From Acidimicrobiia bacterium (GTDB lineage: Bacteria > Actinomycetota > Acidimicrobiia > Spongiisociales > UBA11373), in NCBI GenBank assembly GCA_046714175.1, contig JBKKBI010000084.1, positions 26,284 through 90,283 of the forward strand: a stretch of DNA of 64,000 nucleotides, written 5' to 3'. Shown piece after piece: positions 16,746 to 28,420 of the stretch (the stretch's first letter is position 1; every line of letters starts with the position of its first letter). Under the pieces are notes generated by a model. It was not told where the DNA came from and made no database searches. It saw nothing but the letters and a program-made list of their open reading frames with translations. Position numbers and translations under genes: made by a program.

Positions 16746-18497
16746 ATGGACTCCGTCCTCGTGGCCAACCGCGGCGAGATCGCGGTGCGGGTGATCCGAG
16801 GGGCCAAGGAGATGGGGCTACGCACCATCGCGGTGTACTCCGAGCTGGATCGCGATGCGGCTCATGTGCGGGCTGCTGATGAAGCTTGGAACATAGGACC
16901 CGCCCCGGCGGCCCAGTCGTACCTCGACATCGACAGCCTGTTGCGTGCCGCCGTACAGGCCAAGGCTGCCGCCATTCACCCCGGTTACGGATTCCTCGCC
17001 GAGAACGCGGGCTTCGCCCGCCGCGTCATCGAAGCCGGGCTGATCTGGGTCGGGCCCTCCCCCGAGGCGATCACCGCCATGGGCGACAAGATCTCGTCCC
17101 GGCGGATGGCGGAGAAGGCCGGCGTCGCCGGAGTCCCCGGCACTCTGGAACCGCTGGCGACGGTGGCCGCAGTGGAGGCGGTGGCGGAGCGTTTCGGCTA
17201 TCCGATCGCCATCAAGGCAGCCCATGGTGGTGGTGGCAAGGGCTTGCGGGTCGTGCACGAAAGGGCCGGGGTCGAGGCTGGCTTCGAGGCGGCGCAACGC
17301 GAAGCCGACGCCTATTTCAAGAACCCCGAGGTCTACGTTGAGAAGTACCTCGAGCGTCCGCGCCACATCGAAGCCCAGATCATCGTGGATCGCTATGGCA
17401 CCGGAGTCTTCCTCGGCGAACGCGATTGCAGCCTGCAACGCCGCCACCAGAAACTGATCGAGGAGTCTCCTTCGACCGCGATCGGCGACCGGCAGCGCAA
17501 GGCCCTGGGCAAGTCTGCTCTCGCCGTGGCCAAGGCTGCGGGATACGAGAACGCCGGGACGGTCGAGTTCCTGCTCGATGCGTCGGGTGACATCTACTTC
17601 CTCGAGATGAACACCAGGCTCCAGGTCGAGCACACCGTGACCGAGATGGTCACCGGCATCGACCTGGTGCGCGAACAGTTCCGGGTGGCTATGGGCGAGC
17701 CGTTGTCGTTCTCGGAGGTTTCGCCCCGGGGACATGCGATCGAATTCCGCATCAATGCCGAGGATCCGGCGAACGGGTTCTTGCCCAGCCCAGGACAGAT
17801 TTCTGAGTACTCCGAGCCCGGAGGCTTCGGCGTCCGCGTCGACAGCGGGTACGGGGCGGGTTCGGCGATCAGCCAGTACTACGACAATCTCGTCGCCAAA
17901 CTGATCGTGTGGGGACGGGACCGCGATGAGGCGATCTCCCGCTCCCGCCGAGCCTTGCGCGAGTTCGTAGTCGGAGGCATCGCCACCACGATCCCGTTCC
18001 ATCTCGCCGCCCTGGAGTCACCGGCCTTTCTCGCCGGAGAGCATCACACCCGCACCGTCGAGTCGGAGATGGACCTCTCTGGTCTGACCCAGCCCACCGG
18101 TCCCCCACTTCCCGAGGAAGAGGAACTCGCGGAGCGCCAGCTCACCGTCGAGGTCGGGGGACGCCGATTCGTGGTTCGGGTGTGGGCTCCGGAGACCGGA
18201 CCGGCACCGGCGGCGTCGGGCCGGCGCGCCGCGCCGCGGCGCCGCCCCCCCAAACTCGCCCAGGCACCGTCAGCAGGTTCCACCTCCGGCGCAGTCACCG
18301 CCCCGATGCAGGGAACGATCGTCAAGGTGCATCACAAGGCGGGAGAGCGAGTGGCCGCCGGAGATCCGCTGTTCATACTCGAAGCGATGAAGATGGAAAA
18401 TGAAGTGCGCTCCCCCGTCGACGGCGAGATCGTGGATCTCCGGGTGCAGCCCGGGGACCGGGTCGCCAGCGGGGCCGTGCTGGCGATCGTGAGGTAG
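16746..18497 (+). CDS. accA3: Acetyl/propionyl-CoA carboxylase alpha subunit (biotin carboxylase + BCCP, AccA3-like)
   Basis: The internal ATG at 16746 (MDSVLVANRGEIAVRVIR) is preceded by AGGA. It has ATP-grasp motifs and a C-terminal biotinyl-Lys motif EAMKMEN. Confidence 0.9.
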   Translation: MDSVLVANRGEIAVRVIRGAKEMGLRTIAVYSELDRDAAHVRAADEAWNIGPAPAAQSYLDIDSLLRAAVQAKAAAIHPGYGFLAENAGFARRVIEAGLIWVGPSPEAITAMGDKISSRRMAEKAGVAGVPGTLEPLATVAAVEAVAERFGYPIAIKAAHGGGGKGLRVVHERAGVEAGFEAAQREADAYFKNPEVYVEKYLERPRHIEAQIIVDRYGTGVFLGERDCSLQRRHQKLIEESPSTAIGDRQRKALGKSALAVAKAAGYENAGTVEFLLDASGDIYFLEMNTRLQVEHTVTEMVTGIDLVREQFRVAMGEPLSFSEVSPRGHAIEFRINAEDPANGFLPSPGQISEYSEPGGFGVRVDSGYGAGSAISQYYDNLVAKLIVWGRDRDEAISRSRRALREFVVGGIATTIPFHLAALESPAFLAGEHHTRTVESEMDLSGLTQPTGPPLPEEEELAERQLTVEVGGRRFVVRVWAPETGPAPAASGRRAAPRRRPPKLAQAPSAGSTSGAVTAPMQGTIVKVHHKAGERVAAGDPLFILEAMKMENEVRSPVDGEIVDLRVQPGDRVASGAVLAIVR

Positions 18498-18532
18498 GCA
18501 GATAGGGGCGAGGGGCGAGGGGCGAGGGGGTC
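18498..18532. repeat. Phased heptanucleotide array GCAGATA, GGGGCGA x3, GGGGGTC, starting directly after the accA3 stop TAG and reaching the stop of the convergent DMT gene
   Basis: Read directly. It has the same unit types as the 9434-9517 array. Confidence 0.85.
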
Positions 18533-19361
18533 ACCCAAGGGCGATCAGCACCACCGCGACGGCTGCCAGCACCAAGCCGACCCACTGTCTTCGGACCACG
18601 CGTTCCCCTAGCACCACCCGGGCGAGCGCGATCGTCGTCGCCGGGTAGAGAGACATGATCACAGCCACCAGGGACAGCAGTTCGCGACGGACCGCCAGCA
18701 GGAACAAGACGTTGCCGGCGGTGTCGAGCAGCGCCGATGTCGCGATCATCGACCAGGTGCTGCGCGCCGCCAGCAGCGGACGCCCCATCAACAGCACCAA
18801 GGTGCCCAGGAGCACCACCGATGAGAGGCGCGCCGCCACCAGCGGCCACATTCCGGTGTCGGAGCCGCTGCGAGAGATGAGGATGCCGAACAGCGCAAAG
18901 GCGGCTCCGGCAAGGGCACCGAGCCACGCCGCCCGCAATGCCGGGCCGGAGTCGGGGCGTCCCACGGAGAGCAGGACCACCGCCGGGGCGGCCAGCACCA
19001 TGCCCAGCCACGCGATCGCTTCGGGACGCTCCCCGATGAAGATCCCGAACAGCACCGGCAGAACCGTGCCCACCACGGCCGCCACCGGCGCCGCCACCGA
19101 GATCCGCGTGGTGGCCAGAGCGTGATACAGGAGTACCAGACCGATCGAGGCGGCGATGCCGCCGCCCGCCCCCCACAGCAGCCCGCCCCCCACTGCAAAG
19201 CCGGAACCGAACGCGGGGGCGATAGCAGTCACCGCCACCATTCCCACCACCTGCGCCCCCCACACCACCGTTACCGCCGGAGCCCGTCGGGTGGCGAGAC
19301 CGCCGACAAAGTCCGCTACTCCGAAGACGAGGCTGGACAATCCGGCGAGGAGCAGCGGCAT
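18531..19361 (-). CDS. DMT (EamA-like) family transporter
   Basis: A 276-aa protein with ~10 hydrophobic helices and an EamA-like duplication. Confidence 0.65.
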   Translation of the reverse strand: MPLLLAGLSSLVFGVADFVGGLATRRAPAVTVVWGAQVVGMVAVTAIAPAFGSGFAVGGGLLWGAGGGIAASIGLVLLYHALATTRISVAAPVAAVVGTVLPVLFGIFIGERPEAIAWLGMVLAAPAVVLLSVGRPDSGPALRAAWLGALAGAAFALFGILISRSGSDTGMWPLVAARLSSVVLLGTLVLLMGRPLLAARSTWSMIATSALLDTAGNVLFLLAVRRELLSLVAVIMSLYPATTIALARVVLGERVVRRQWVGLVLAAVAVVLIALG

Positions 19362-19399
19362 CCGGGGAGGTTAGGAAGGAGTGCGGGTCGGGAACGACT

Positions 19400-20748
19400 T
19401 CAATCGCCGGCCTCGGCCAGGCTTTCGGCGAGCGACGGGTGCGCCATCAGCGTGTCCACGAGAACGTCGACACGGATCCGCCCCTGAGCTGCGAGGGCGA
19501 GGATGCCGATCAACTCCGAGGCGTGGTGGCCGACGATGGTTCCCCCCAGCACCACGTGAGTGGCCGGATCGGAGATCAGCTTGGCAAAGCCCGTCGGGTT
19601 GCCCTGGATGAGTGCCCGCGGGTTGGCTGCGAATGGAACTTTGGTGATGCGCACTTTGCGACCCTCCGCCCGAGCATCCACCTCCTCCAGACCCACCGAA
19701 GCGATCTCTGGTTCCGTGAAGATCGCCTGCGACACCTTGGTGAGATCGAGCGGCTTCACGGGTAACCCCAGGGCATGGCGGGCGATCTTCCGTCCCTGCA
19801 TCGCGGCCACCGAGGCGAGAAGCATCTGGCCGGTGACGTCGCCGGCGGCGTAGACATGGGGCAGCGATGTCCGCTGCATCTCGTCGACCACGACGAAACC
19901 CTTCTCAGTCGCGATTCCGGCAGCGTCGAGGCCGAGGCCCTCGGTGTTGGGACGGGACCCGACCGCGAGCAGGGCGTGGCTGGCCACCACCCGGCGCCCA
20001 TCCTCGACGGTTACCACCACGCCGTCGCCATCACGGGCCGCGCTGTCGGCGCGGGCTCCCTTGAGCAGGTGCACGCCGCGCTCGAGGAAGTCCTCCTCCA
20101 GCACTGCTGCCACCTCCGGGTCGCGATGGGGTAGGACCTGCTGGCGACTCACCAGCAGCGACACCTCGGATCCCAGGCTGGCGAAAATGTGCACGAACTC
20201 GACTCCGGTCACACCCGACCCGATCACCACCAGGTGCTTCGGAATCGCCGCAAGGTGATAGGCGTGACGGGTGGTAATGATGTGGGATCCGTCGACTCCG
20301 GCCCACTCAGGTTCCCACGGGCGGGAGCCGGTGGCGATGACCGCAATGTCGAACTCGAGATCCTGACCCGCCGCGACCGCGGTGTGTGGACCGGTGAATT
20401 CTCCGGTGCCAGTAATGATCGCGACGCCCTGGGACTCGAGCAGTTCGCGAATCCCCGACGAGAGCCTGGCGGATATCCCATCGGCGCGCGTCGCGAGCGC
20501 GGCGACGTCCACCGACGGACTGCCGACACCCTCTATCCCCAATAGCGCGGCGCCGCGCAGTGAGTCGAGTCGCAGGGATGTGGCCACCATGGCCTTGGAC
20601 GGGATGCAGTCCAGGAGGTGCGCCGCGCCGCCGAGAATCGTCGATTCCACCACCGTGACGCGGGCGCCATGGATCGCCGCCGCGGGCGCGGCGGCGATCC
20701 CCCCGGGTCCGCCGCCGATGACGAGAACGCGTGGCCCGGAGTCTTCGC

Positions 20749-20752
<4 letters not shown>
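19400..20752 (-). CDS. lpdA: Flavoprotein disulfide reductase family protein, LpdA-like (NAD(P)H quinone reductase type lacking the CxxxxC pair)
   Basis: The internal ATG at 20752 ([18 protein letters not shown]) overlaps the mutase stop (ATGA). It has FAD and NAD Rossmann motifs but only a single Cys in the redox site (LLDCIPSK), as in M. tuberculosis LpdA Rv3303c. The 684-aa listed ORF is an N-terminal artefact that overlaps the upstream gene. Confidence 0.75.
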
Positions 20753-22335
<1,583 letters not shown>

Positions 22336-22415
22336 CGGTACACTCGGAGTGGTCGGTAGGGGATGCTAACCCGGGGAACCCGGCCGCTCCCACGGACGTC
22401 TCCCTAGGACTCGGC

Positions 22416-24881
22416 ATGGATATCTCCATCCACGAGGTGGAACGCCTCGAGCAACAAGGCCACCGCCTCACCGCGGCGACCACTCTCGCCGCCATCGTCG
22501 TGGTGGCGGCTACCTGGTTCGCCCTGGTGGGGTTCCTAGGAGCCAACAGCGCCCACGGAACTCTCGAAGACTGGCGCGAGCAGTGGATACCTGATGTGGG
22601 TTCCATGGTGCTCGACCTCCCCGACCTCGGCCGGTTGTCCTCCGTATACACCGCTGATGGTGTCCTGCTCGGCCAACTCACTGAGCGCAACAGTCAGCCG
22701 ACGGTCTTCGACGAGATTCCCAACCTCGTGATTGGTGCGGTGCTCTCGGCAGAGGACGACGACTTCATGGAGCACAGCGGCATCGACTTCCAGGCCATCG
22801 CCCGGGCGCTGCTCGAGGACCTCAGCGGGGGGCCGAAACAGGGCGGATCGACCATCACCCAGCAGGTGGTGAAGCTCAACTTCGTCGGCACCGAACCGAC
22901 CCTGCAGCGCAAGGTCGCCGAGGCCACCATCGCCATCGAGCTGGAACGCCGGTTCACAAAAGAGCAGATCCTGGAGTACTACCTGAACTCCGTGTACTTC
23001 GGCTCCAATGCCTACGGCATCACCGCAGCGGCGCAGGAGTACTTCGGCAAGGCCCTCGATCAGCTCACGATCGCCGAGGCCGCCGCCCTCACCGTGCCGA
23101 TCCGCAACCCGTCGCTGTACAACTTGCGCAACGACAGCGAGATCCCGAGGCGAGCCCGCGATGCGGTCATCGACAACATGGTTCAGGAGGGATACATCAC
23201 CGCCTCCGAGGGCCGAACGGCCAAGGCGCAGCCGATCGTCACCGTGGTGCACGAGGAGTCCATCGACCCGGCGCCACAGGTGCTGATCGCGGCCCGCGAC
23301 GGGGTGCTCAACGACGCGCGCTACGGGCTCGGAGCGACCTTCCTGCAACGCAAGCGCGCCGTCTTCGGATGTCCCGCGGATGACGCCGAGTGCACCGGCG
23401 GGGGTGGCCTGCGCATCTTCACCACCGTCGACTGGCGGCTCCAGGAAGAGGCGCGGCGCATCCTGCAGGAGTGGTTCCCGCCCGGCACCGGTCTCCCCAC
23501 CGGGGCCATCGCCATGGTGGACAATCGCACCGGGGCGACGGTGGTGATGGCATCAGGTCTGGACTTCGGTACGGACCTCGAAGCCGGCCAGCGCCAGTAC
23601 GACTTGGCGACCAAGGGCCGCCGCAACCCCGGGTCGGCATTCAAGCCCTTTGGAGCGATCGCCGCCCTCGAGCAGGGCATCCCGCTCGGCTCGTACTGGG
23701 ATGATTCGTCCCCGCAGACCCTGGATTACGGGGGGATCGAGCCGTGGGAATGTGCCAATGCCGGGACCAACTCCCCCGGGATCCGCACGCTGGAGGAGGC
23801 GCTGTACCGCTCCATCAACACGGTCTTCTGCCAGGTGTCGATCGCGGTTGGACCGGAGCACATCGTCGACGTCGCCCACCGGATGGGGATTCGGTCGCCC
23901 CTCGGAGCGGTGCCTGCGATCGTCCTCGGGGCGCAGGCGGTCAGTCCACTGGAGATGGCGGCCGCCTTCTCCACCATCGCCAATCAGGGACTGCGGGTCG
24001 ACAATTACCTGATCGAGCGGATCGAGGATGGAGACGGCAACGTCATCTATCAGCACGAAGTCGGGGCCACCCAGGTGCTGGAGCCTGCACTGAGTGCCGC
24101 GGTGCTCAACACCCTGGAGAAGGCGATCACCCTTGGCACCGGCGGCAACGCCGACATCGGGCGGCCGCAGTTCGGCAAGACAGGAACTCACGAGTCGTAT
24201 CGGGACGCCTGGTTCGTCGGCGGAATCCCGCAGTTCACGACGGCAGTGTGGGTGGGATTCCCCGACGCCCAGACCGAGATGCGCAATGTCACCGTGAAGC
24301 CGAACCGGGACGACCGGGAGACGATCCCCCGCATGTTCGGCTCGAGCGCCCCGGCTCCCATCTGGAGAGAGTTCATGCTGATCGTCGTCGCCGGCCTCGC
24401 CGTCGAGGACTTTCTCCCCGACCCTTCCGGGATCGAGGTCTACTACACGACGCCGCGGGTGGAGATGCCAGACGTGATCGGCATGACCCGCGACGACGCC
24501 GAAGACGCGGTGCGCCGCGCCGGACTCCAGGTCGAGGTCGAGACGGTGAACTCGGAGGAGCCTGCAGGTCGGGTAGTGGGCTCCGACCCCGGACCGGGAG
24601 AGCGAATCCGGCAGGGAACCGTGGCCATCATCGAAATCTCCAACGGGCTCTCGCCGACCGTTTCGGTTCCGAACCTCATCGGCACCAGCCAGGCGTCGGC
24701 GACCCAGACCCTGACTCAGTTGCGCAACAGCAGCAACGTCGACTTCGACTGGGTCTTCGAAGACGTCTCTACCGGGGTCCCCTCCAACGATGGCCTGGTC
24801 CAAGCGATGGTCCCGGGACCAGGAACGACCATCGACAAGGACGACACGATCGTGATCACGGTGTGGAGATACAGCCCGTAG
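22416..24881 (+). CDS. Class A penicillin-binding protein (transglycosylase + transpeptidase) with two C-terminal PASTA domains
   Basis: TM anchor, GT51 motifs ([20 protein letters not shown]), transpeptidase SxxK/KTGT (GSAFKPF, KTGT), and two PASTA repeats at the C-terminus. Confidence 0.9.
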   Translation: MDISIHEVERLEQQGHRLTAATTLAAIVVVAATWFALVGFLGANSAHGTLEDWREQWIPDVGSMVLDLPDLGRLSSVYTADGVLLGQLTERNSQPTVFDEIPNLVIGAVLSAEDDDFMEHSGIDFQAIARALLEDLSGGPKQGGSTITQQVVKLNFVGTEPTLQRKVAEATIAIELERRFTKEQILEYYLNSVYFGSNAYGITAAAQEYFGKALDQLTIAEAAALTVPIRNPSLYNLRNDSEIPRRARDAVIDNMVQEGYITASEGRTAKAQPIVTVVHEESIDPAPQVLIAARDGVLNDARYGLGATFLQRKRAVFGCPADDAECTGGGGLRIFTTVDWRLQEEARRILQEWFPPGTGLPTGAIAMVDNRTGATVVMASGLDFGTDLEAGQRQYDLATKGRRNPGSAFKPFGAIAALEQGIPLGSYWDDSSPQTLDYGGIEPWECANAGTNSPGIRTLEEALYRSINTVFCQVSIAVGPEHIVDVAHRMGIRSPLGAVPAIVLGAQAVSPLEMAAAFSTIANQGLRVDNYLIERIEDGDGNVIYQHEVGATQVLEPALSAAVLNTLEKAITLGTGGNADIGRPQFGKTGTHESYRDAWFVGGIPQFTTAVWVGFPDAQTEMRNVTVKPNRDDRETIPRMFGSSAPAPIWREFMLIVVAGLAVEDFLPDPSGIEVYYTTPRVEMPDVIGMTRDDAEDAVRRAGLQVEVETVNSEEPAGRVVGSDPGPGERIRQGTVAIIEISNGLSPTVSVPNLIGTSQASATQTLTQLRNSSNVDFDWVFEDVSTGVPSNDGLVQAMVPGPGTTIDKDDTIVITVWRYSP

Positions 24882-24923
24882 GCAGTTACCAGTTACCGGT
24901 TGCCAGTTAGGCATCCGGCATCC
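24882..24923. repeat. Phased heptanucleotide array GCAGTTA, CCAGTTA, CCGGTTG, CCAGTTA, GGCATCC x2, starting directly after the PBP stop TAG
   Basis: Read directly. GGCATCC is a circular permutation of the ATCCGGC unit at 50775-50823. Confidence 0.8.
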
Positions 24924-25002
24924 CTCTCCTTGCAGGCCAACTTTTCGCGTTCCGGGTGTACCTACTTGATGTCTCCTCTTGCTATATGGTATCTAGCGGC
25001 CT

Positions 25003-25431
25003 ATGACCGCTACGGTGCCCGGGAGTCTCCGTCGAGATGAACGTCCTCCCATCAAGATGGATGCCGCGCCAGCCCCGGGCACCGTGGCGGCCTACCGCCC
25101 CACGGTCGTGCCGCGCCCGTGGGTGCGGGTCGAGTTCCACCCCACTCCCCCGGTCGGCCACCACCCCACCGAGGCCGCGGTGCGTCGCTTCTGGACCGCA
25201 CTCGTCGGCCCCGGCGCGGTCGCCGACCTCCTGCGCCTGATTGCGGCCGCCGGTTCGGGGCGGCGGCTCCGGGAACCGCTGCACCTCGCAGTGCTCACCG
25301 CCGAGGGACTGGCCCACCCGGCCGGCGACGTGGTGGTCGTGCCCAGGCTGGTTCCGTACCTCGATGCCACCCGAATCGCCCGGTTGCGGCCGGGACTGCG
25401 CGCCGAGTACCGGCTGCTGATCGACGACTGA
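25003..25431 (+). CDS. Hypothetical protein (142 aa)
   Basis: Strong GC3 codon bias and a location upstream of the Sir2 gene. No family recognised. The antisense Arg-rich ORF is rejected. Confidence 0.45.
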   Translation: MTATVPGSLRRDERPPIKMDAAPAPGTVAAYRPTVVPRPWVRVEFHPTPPVGHHPTEAAVRRFWTALVGPGAVADLLRLIAAAGSGRRLREPLHLAVLTAEGLAHPAGDVVVVPRLVPYLDATRIARLRPGLRAEYRLLIDD

Positions 25432-25454
25432 CCATTCGCGCGTAGCATTCGGAT

Positions 25455-26207
25455 GTGGCGACCGTCGACGATGCAATCGCAGTGTTGCGCGGCTGCGACG
25501 GACTCCTGGTCTTCACCGGGGCCGGGATCTCCACCGAGTCGGGAATACCAGACTTCCGGGGACCGAACGGGGTGTGGTCGCAGGTGGATCCCACCGAGTT
25601 CACCATCGACCGCTATCTGGCCGACCCGGAAGTACGCCGCCGCTCCTGGAAGCGCCGGGTGGGTAGCGGCATCGTTGCTGCCGCCCCCAATCAAGGCCAC
25701 TTGGCAGTGACCCGCATGTGGGAGGCCGAGCTGCTGGTCGGCTGCGTGACTCAGAACGTGGACGGTCTGCATCGCGCAGCCGGCCTCCCCGAGCATGCTC
25801 TCGCCGAGCTCCACGGCACCGCCACCACCGTCTCTTGCGCATCGTGCCGGCAAGTGTTCGCCAGCGCCGCCGTCCGGGAGCGACTGGAGGCCGGCGAAGA
25901 AGATCCGCCATGCTCGTGGTGCGGGGGGATCCTCCGGACCGATGTCGTCTTCTTTGGCGAGCGGCTCCCCGCCCGGGCCCTGGTCAAGGCCGAGGCGATG
26001 GCGGCAGCGGCCGACGGGGTGCTGGCCGTAGGCACGACTCTGGGCGTGTACCCGGCGGCCGGGATCCCGCTGTCGGTGGCGGACCGGGGCAGGCCGTTCG
26101 TGATCGTGAACCAGGGCCCGACCGAATTGGACGGCATGGCCAACCTGGTGGTGGCGGCAAGGGCGGGAGAAACGTTGGCGAACATCGCCACCGGCCTCGG
26201 CGCCTGA
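25455..26207 (+). CDS. cobB: NAD-dependent protein deacylase, Sir2 family (CobB-like)
   Basis: GAGISTESGIPDFRG, the zinc-binding Cys pairs (CASC...CSWC) and QNVDGLH motifs. The start codon is GTG. Confidence 0.85.
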   Translation: MATVDDAIAVLRGCDGLLVFTGAGISTESGIPDFRGPNGVWSQVDPTEFTIDRYLADPEVRRRSWKRRVGSGIVAAAPNQGHLAVTRMWEAELLVGCVTQNVDGLHRAAGLPEHALAELHGTATTVSCASCRQVFASAAVRERLEAGEEDPPCSWCGGILRTDVVFFGERLPARALVKAEAMAAAADGVLAVGTTLGVYPAAGIPLSVADRGRPFVIVNQGPTELDGMANLVVAARAGETLANIATGLGA

Positions 26208-26240
26208 GAGCGTGAAAATCCTTCAACCCGGTGACTAGTC

Positions 26241-28400
26241 ATGCCGATGCCCGGGGGCATGACCATCCCATCCCCCGCACGGGCAAGGGCCCGGCGGATT
26301 CTCCCGGCCATCGTGGCCTTGGCCATCGCCCTGGCCACCTTTCCGGTGCCCGCGGCCGGAGCCAGCACCAACTTCACCTTTTCCGGGGGTGGTTACGGAC
26401 ATTCCGTCGGTCTGAGCCAGTTCGGCGCCTACGGGATGGCGCGAGAGGGCTACTCGTGGGCCCAGATCATGTCGCACTATTTCACCGGAACCACTCCCGG
26501 CGCGGTTGACGCCGCCACCGCCGCCCGACCGTTGTGGGTCAACCTCCAGGTGGAACAGGCCGCGGTGACGTTCGTGGTCCGGGCCACCGGGACCACTGCG
26601 GGCGCCCCCGTCACCATCACGTCGGCTGGTGGAACCCTCGTGGCCTCGAGCGGACAGACGATCAGGATCACGCGCAGCGGCAACACCTGCACCGCCACCG
26701 CCCCCGCCGGCACGACCACCGGGCCGTGCACGATCGATCTGGGATGGGACGGGAACAGCGGCGACCCGACCACAGCCCTCGTGATCGATGGCTGCTATCA
26801 GACGAACTGGAATCTCACCACGGGCTCGCGCCAGCAACCCTGCACGTATGCGCGGGGATCGATCCACCTTCGGCCCGACAACAACACCGAGACCATGGCC
26901 GTTTCCCTCGAGATCGCCATGGAGGACTACGTCCTCGGCATCTCCGAGATGCCCTACTTCTGGGGGGACCAGGGCGGAGCCGCCGCCCTCGCCGCCCAAG
27001 CGGTCGCGGCCCGCTCTTATGCCTATGCCCGGCTCCTGGCGCGGGGCACCCCCGAGTCGCGCCCGTGGTGTTGGTGCCAGGTGTACGACACCCCCGTCGA
27101 CCAGAACTACGTCGGCTGGGGCCACGGCACCCAGACCTGGATCGATGCTGTCCGGGCAACCGCCGGACAGGTCATGTACCACCCCGAAACCACTCGCAGC
27201 GGAGTCCAGGTTCCGATCCCGACCTTCTACTCGTCGAGCACCTTCGGGCGCACCGAGAACTCCCAGGACGCCTTTACCGCCACCGTCGCCTATCTGCGCT
27301 CTGTCGACGACCACTGGGCAGGCGCTAACGGAGTGGGCAACGGCAACTACCGATGGAGCCGCACCTTTTCGTCCGATCAACTGGCCGCCACCCTTCCCGG
27401 GCTGAGCACCGTCACGGGGGCAACGATCACCCGGTGCTCGGTCTCCGGTGCGGCGTTGGAGGTCACCTTCTCCGGAAGCGGTGGTCCGCGCGCCTTTCAC
27501 GTTCGCCAGCTGCGCAGCCTGCTCAGCCTGCGCTCCCAGCAGATCTACGCCATCAATGGAGTCGCACCCTGTACCGCCGCCGCAGCCACGACCACGACCA
27601 CGTCGACAACCACCACGACGCTCCCGGCAACCACGACAACCACCAACCCTGGTGACTCCACCACGACCTCGACGCTACCGACCACCACCACCAGCCCTGG
27701 CGAAACGACCACCACGACGTTCGCGTCCACCACCTCCACGACCCTCCCGTCCCCGACCACGACGACGTTGGCCGCCACTACCACTACCACTGCTCCCACC
27801 ACCAACACGACCACCACCACGACCACCACCGTGCCACCGTCCACCACGACGACGATCGGAGCGGGGTCCGGACCTTCCTGTGTGGTGGCGATCCCGCCGA
27901 TCGACGCGCTCGCCGGCACGGGCACCAGTCTGCGCACCGGAAGCCAGGGGCCGGCGGTGGCGCAGCTTCAGGTGCTTCTCACCATCCTGGGCCACTACCA
28001 GGGCACTGCCGACGGCGTGTACGGACGATTGACCACCGCGGCAGTGCGGTCGTTCCAGGACTCGCGCGGCCTTTTCGTGGACGGCGTGGTGGGAAGCCGC
28101 ACCCGGAGCGAGTTGGTGGCCTTGCATGCGGCCGCCGAACGAGGACGCATCCTCAGCGCCGACCCCGGGCTCCTCCGCCGCGGCGCCTACAGCGAGGCCG
28201 TGGGGGCCCTGCAGTACCTCCTGGCACGACTCGGGTTCCAGCCCGGCCCGATCGACGGAGCATTTGGGAGCCGGACCGACACCGCAGTGCTCGCTTTCCA
28301 ACGCTCCAAGGCACTCACCGTGGACGGGATCGTCGGCGATGAGAGCAAACGCGCTCTGGCGGCAGCGCTGGGTCTGCAGGCCTTGATCTCATGTCGGTGA
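26241..28400 (+). CDS. SpoIID/LytB-domain protein with Thr-rich low-complexity linker and two C-terminal peptidoglycan-binding (PG_binding_1) domains
   Basis: Signal peptide, the SpoIID signature GGGYGHSVGLSQFGAYGMA, a ~95-aa poly-Thr/Pro linker, then two LxxGxxGxxVxxLQxxL repeats typical of PG_binding_1. Confidence 0.8.
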   Translation: MPMPGGMTIPSPARARARRILPAIVALAIALATFPVPAAGASTNFTFSGGGYGHSVGLSQFGAYGMAREGYSWAQIMSHYFTGTTPGAVDAATAARPLWVNLQVEQAAVTFVVRATGTTAGAPVTITSAGGTLVASSGQTIRITRSGNTCTATAPAGTTTGPCTIDLGWDGNSGDPTTALVIDGCYQTNWNLTTGSRQQPCTYARGSIHLRPDNNTETMAVSLEIAMEDYVLGISEMPYFWGDQGGAAALAAQAVAARSYAYARLLARGTPESRPWCWCQVYDTPVDQNYVGWGHGTQTWIDAVRATAGQVMYHPETTRSGVQVPIPTFYSSSTFGRTENSQDAFTATVAYLRSVDDHWAGANGVGNGNYRWSRTFSSDQLAATLPGLSTVTGATITRCSVSGAALEVTFSGSGGPRAFHVRQLRSLLSLRSQQIYAINGVAPCTAAAATTTTTSTTTTTLPATTTTTNPGDSTTTSTLPTTTTSPGETTTTTFASTTSTTLPSPTTTTLAATTTTTAPTTNTTTTTTTTVPPSTTTTIGAGSGPSCVVAIPPIDALAGTGTSLRTGSQGPAVAQLQVLLTILGHYQGTADGVYGRLTTAAVRSFQDSRGLFVDGVVGSRTRSELVALHAAAERGRILSADPGLLRRGAYSEAVGALQYLLARLGFQPGPIDGAFGSRTDTAVLAFQRSKALTVDGIVGDESKRALAAALGLQALISCR
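27588..27855 (+). repeat. In-frame ACC/ACG-rich simple-sequence region encoding the Thr/Pro-rich linker of the SpoIID protein
   Basis: Read directly: accacgaccaccacg... with period 3, encoding TTTTTSTTTTTLPATTTTTNPGDSTTTSTLPTTTT... Confidence 0.8.
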
Positions 28401-28420
28401 GTGCGCCCGGAGGATGAGGG

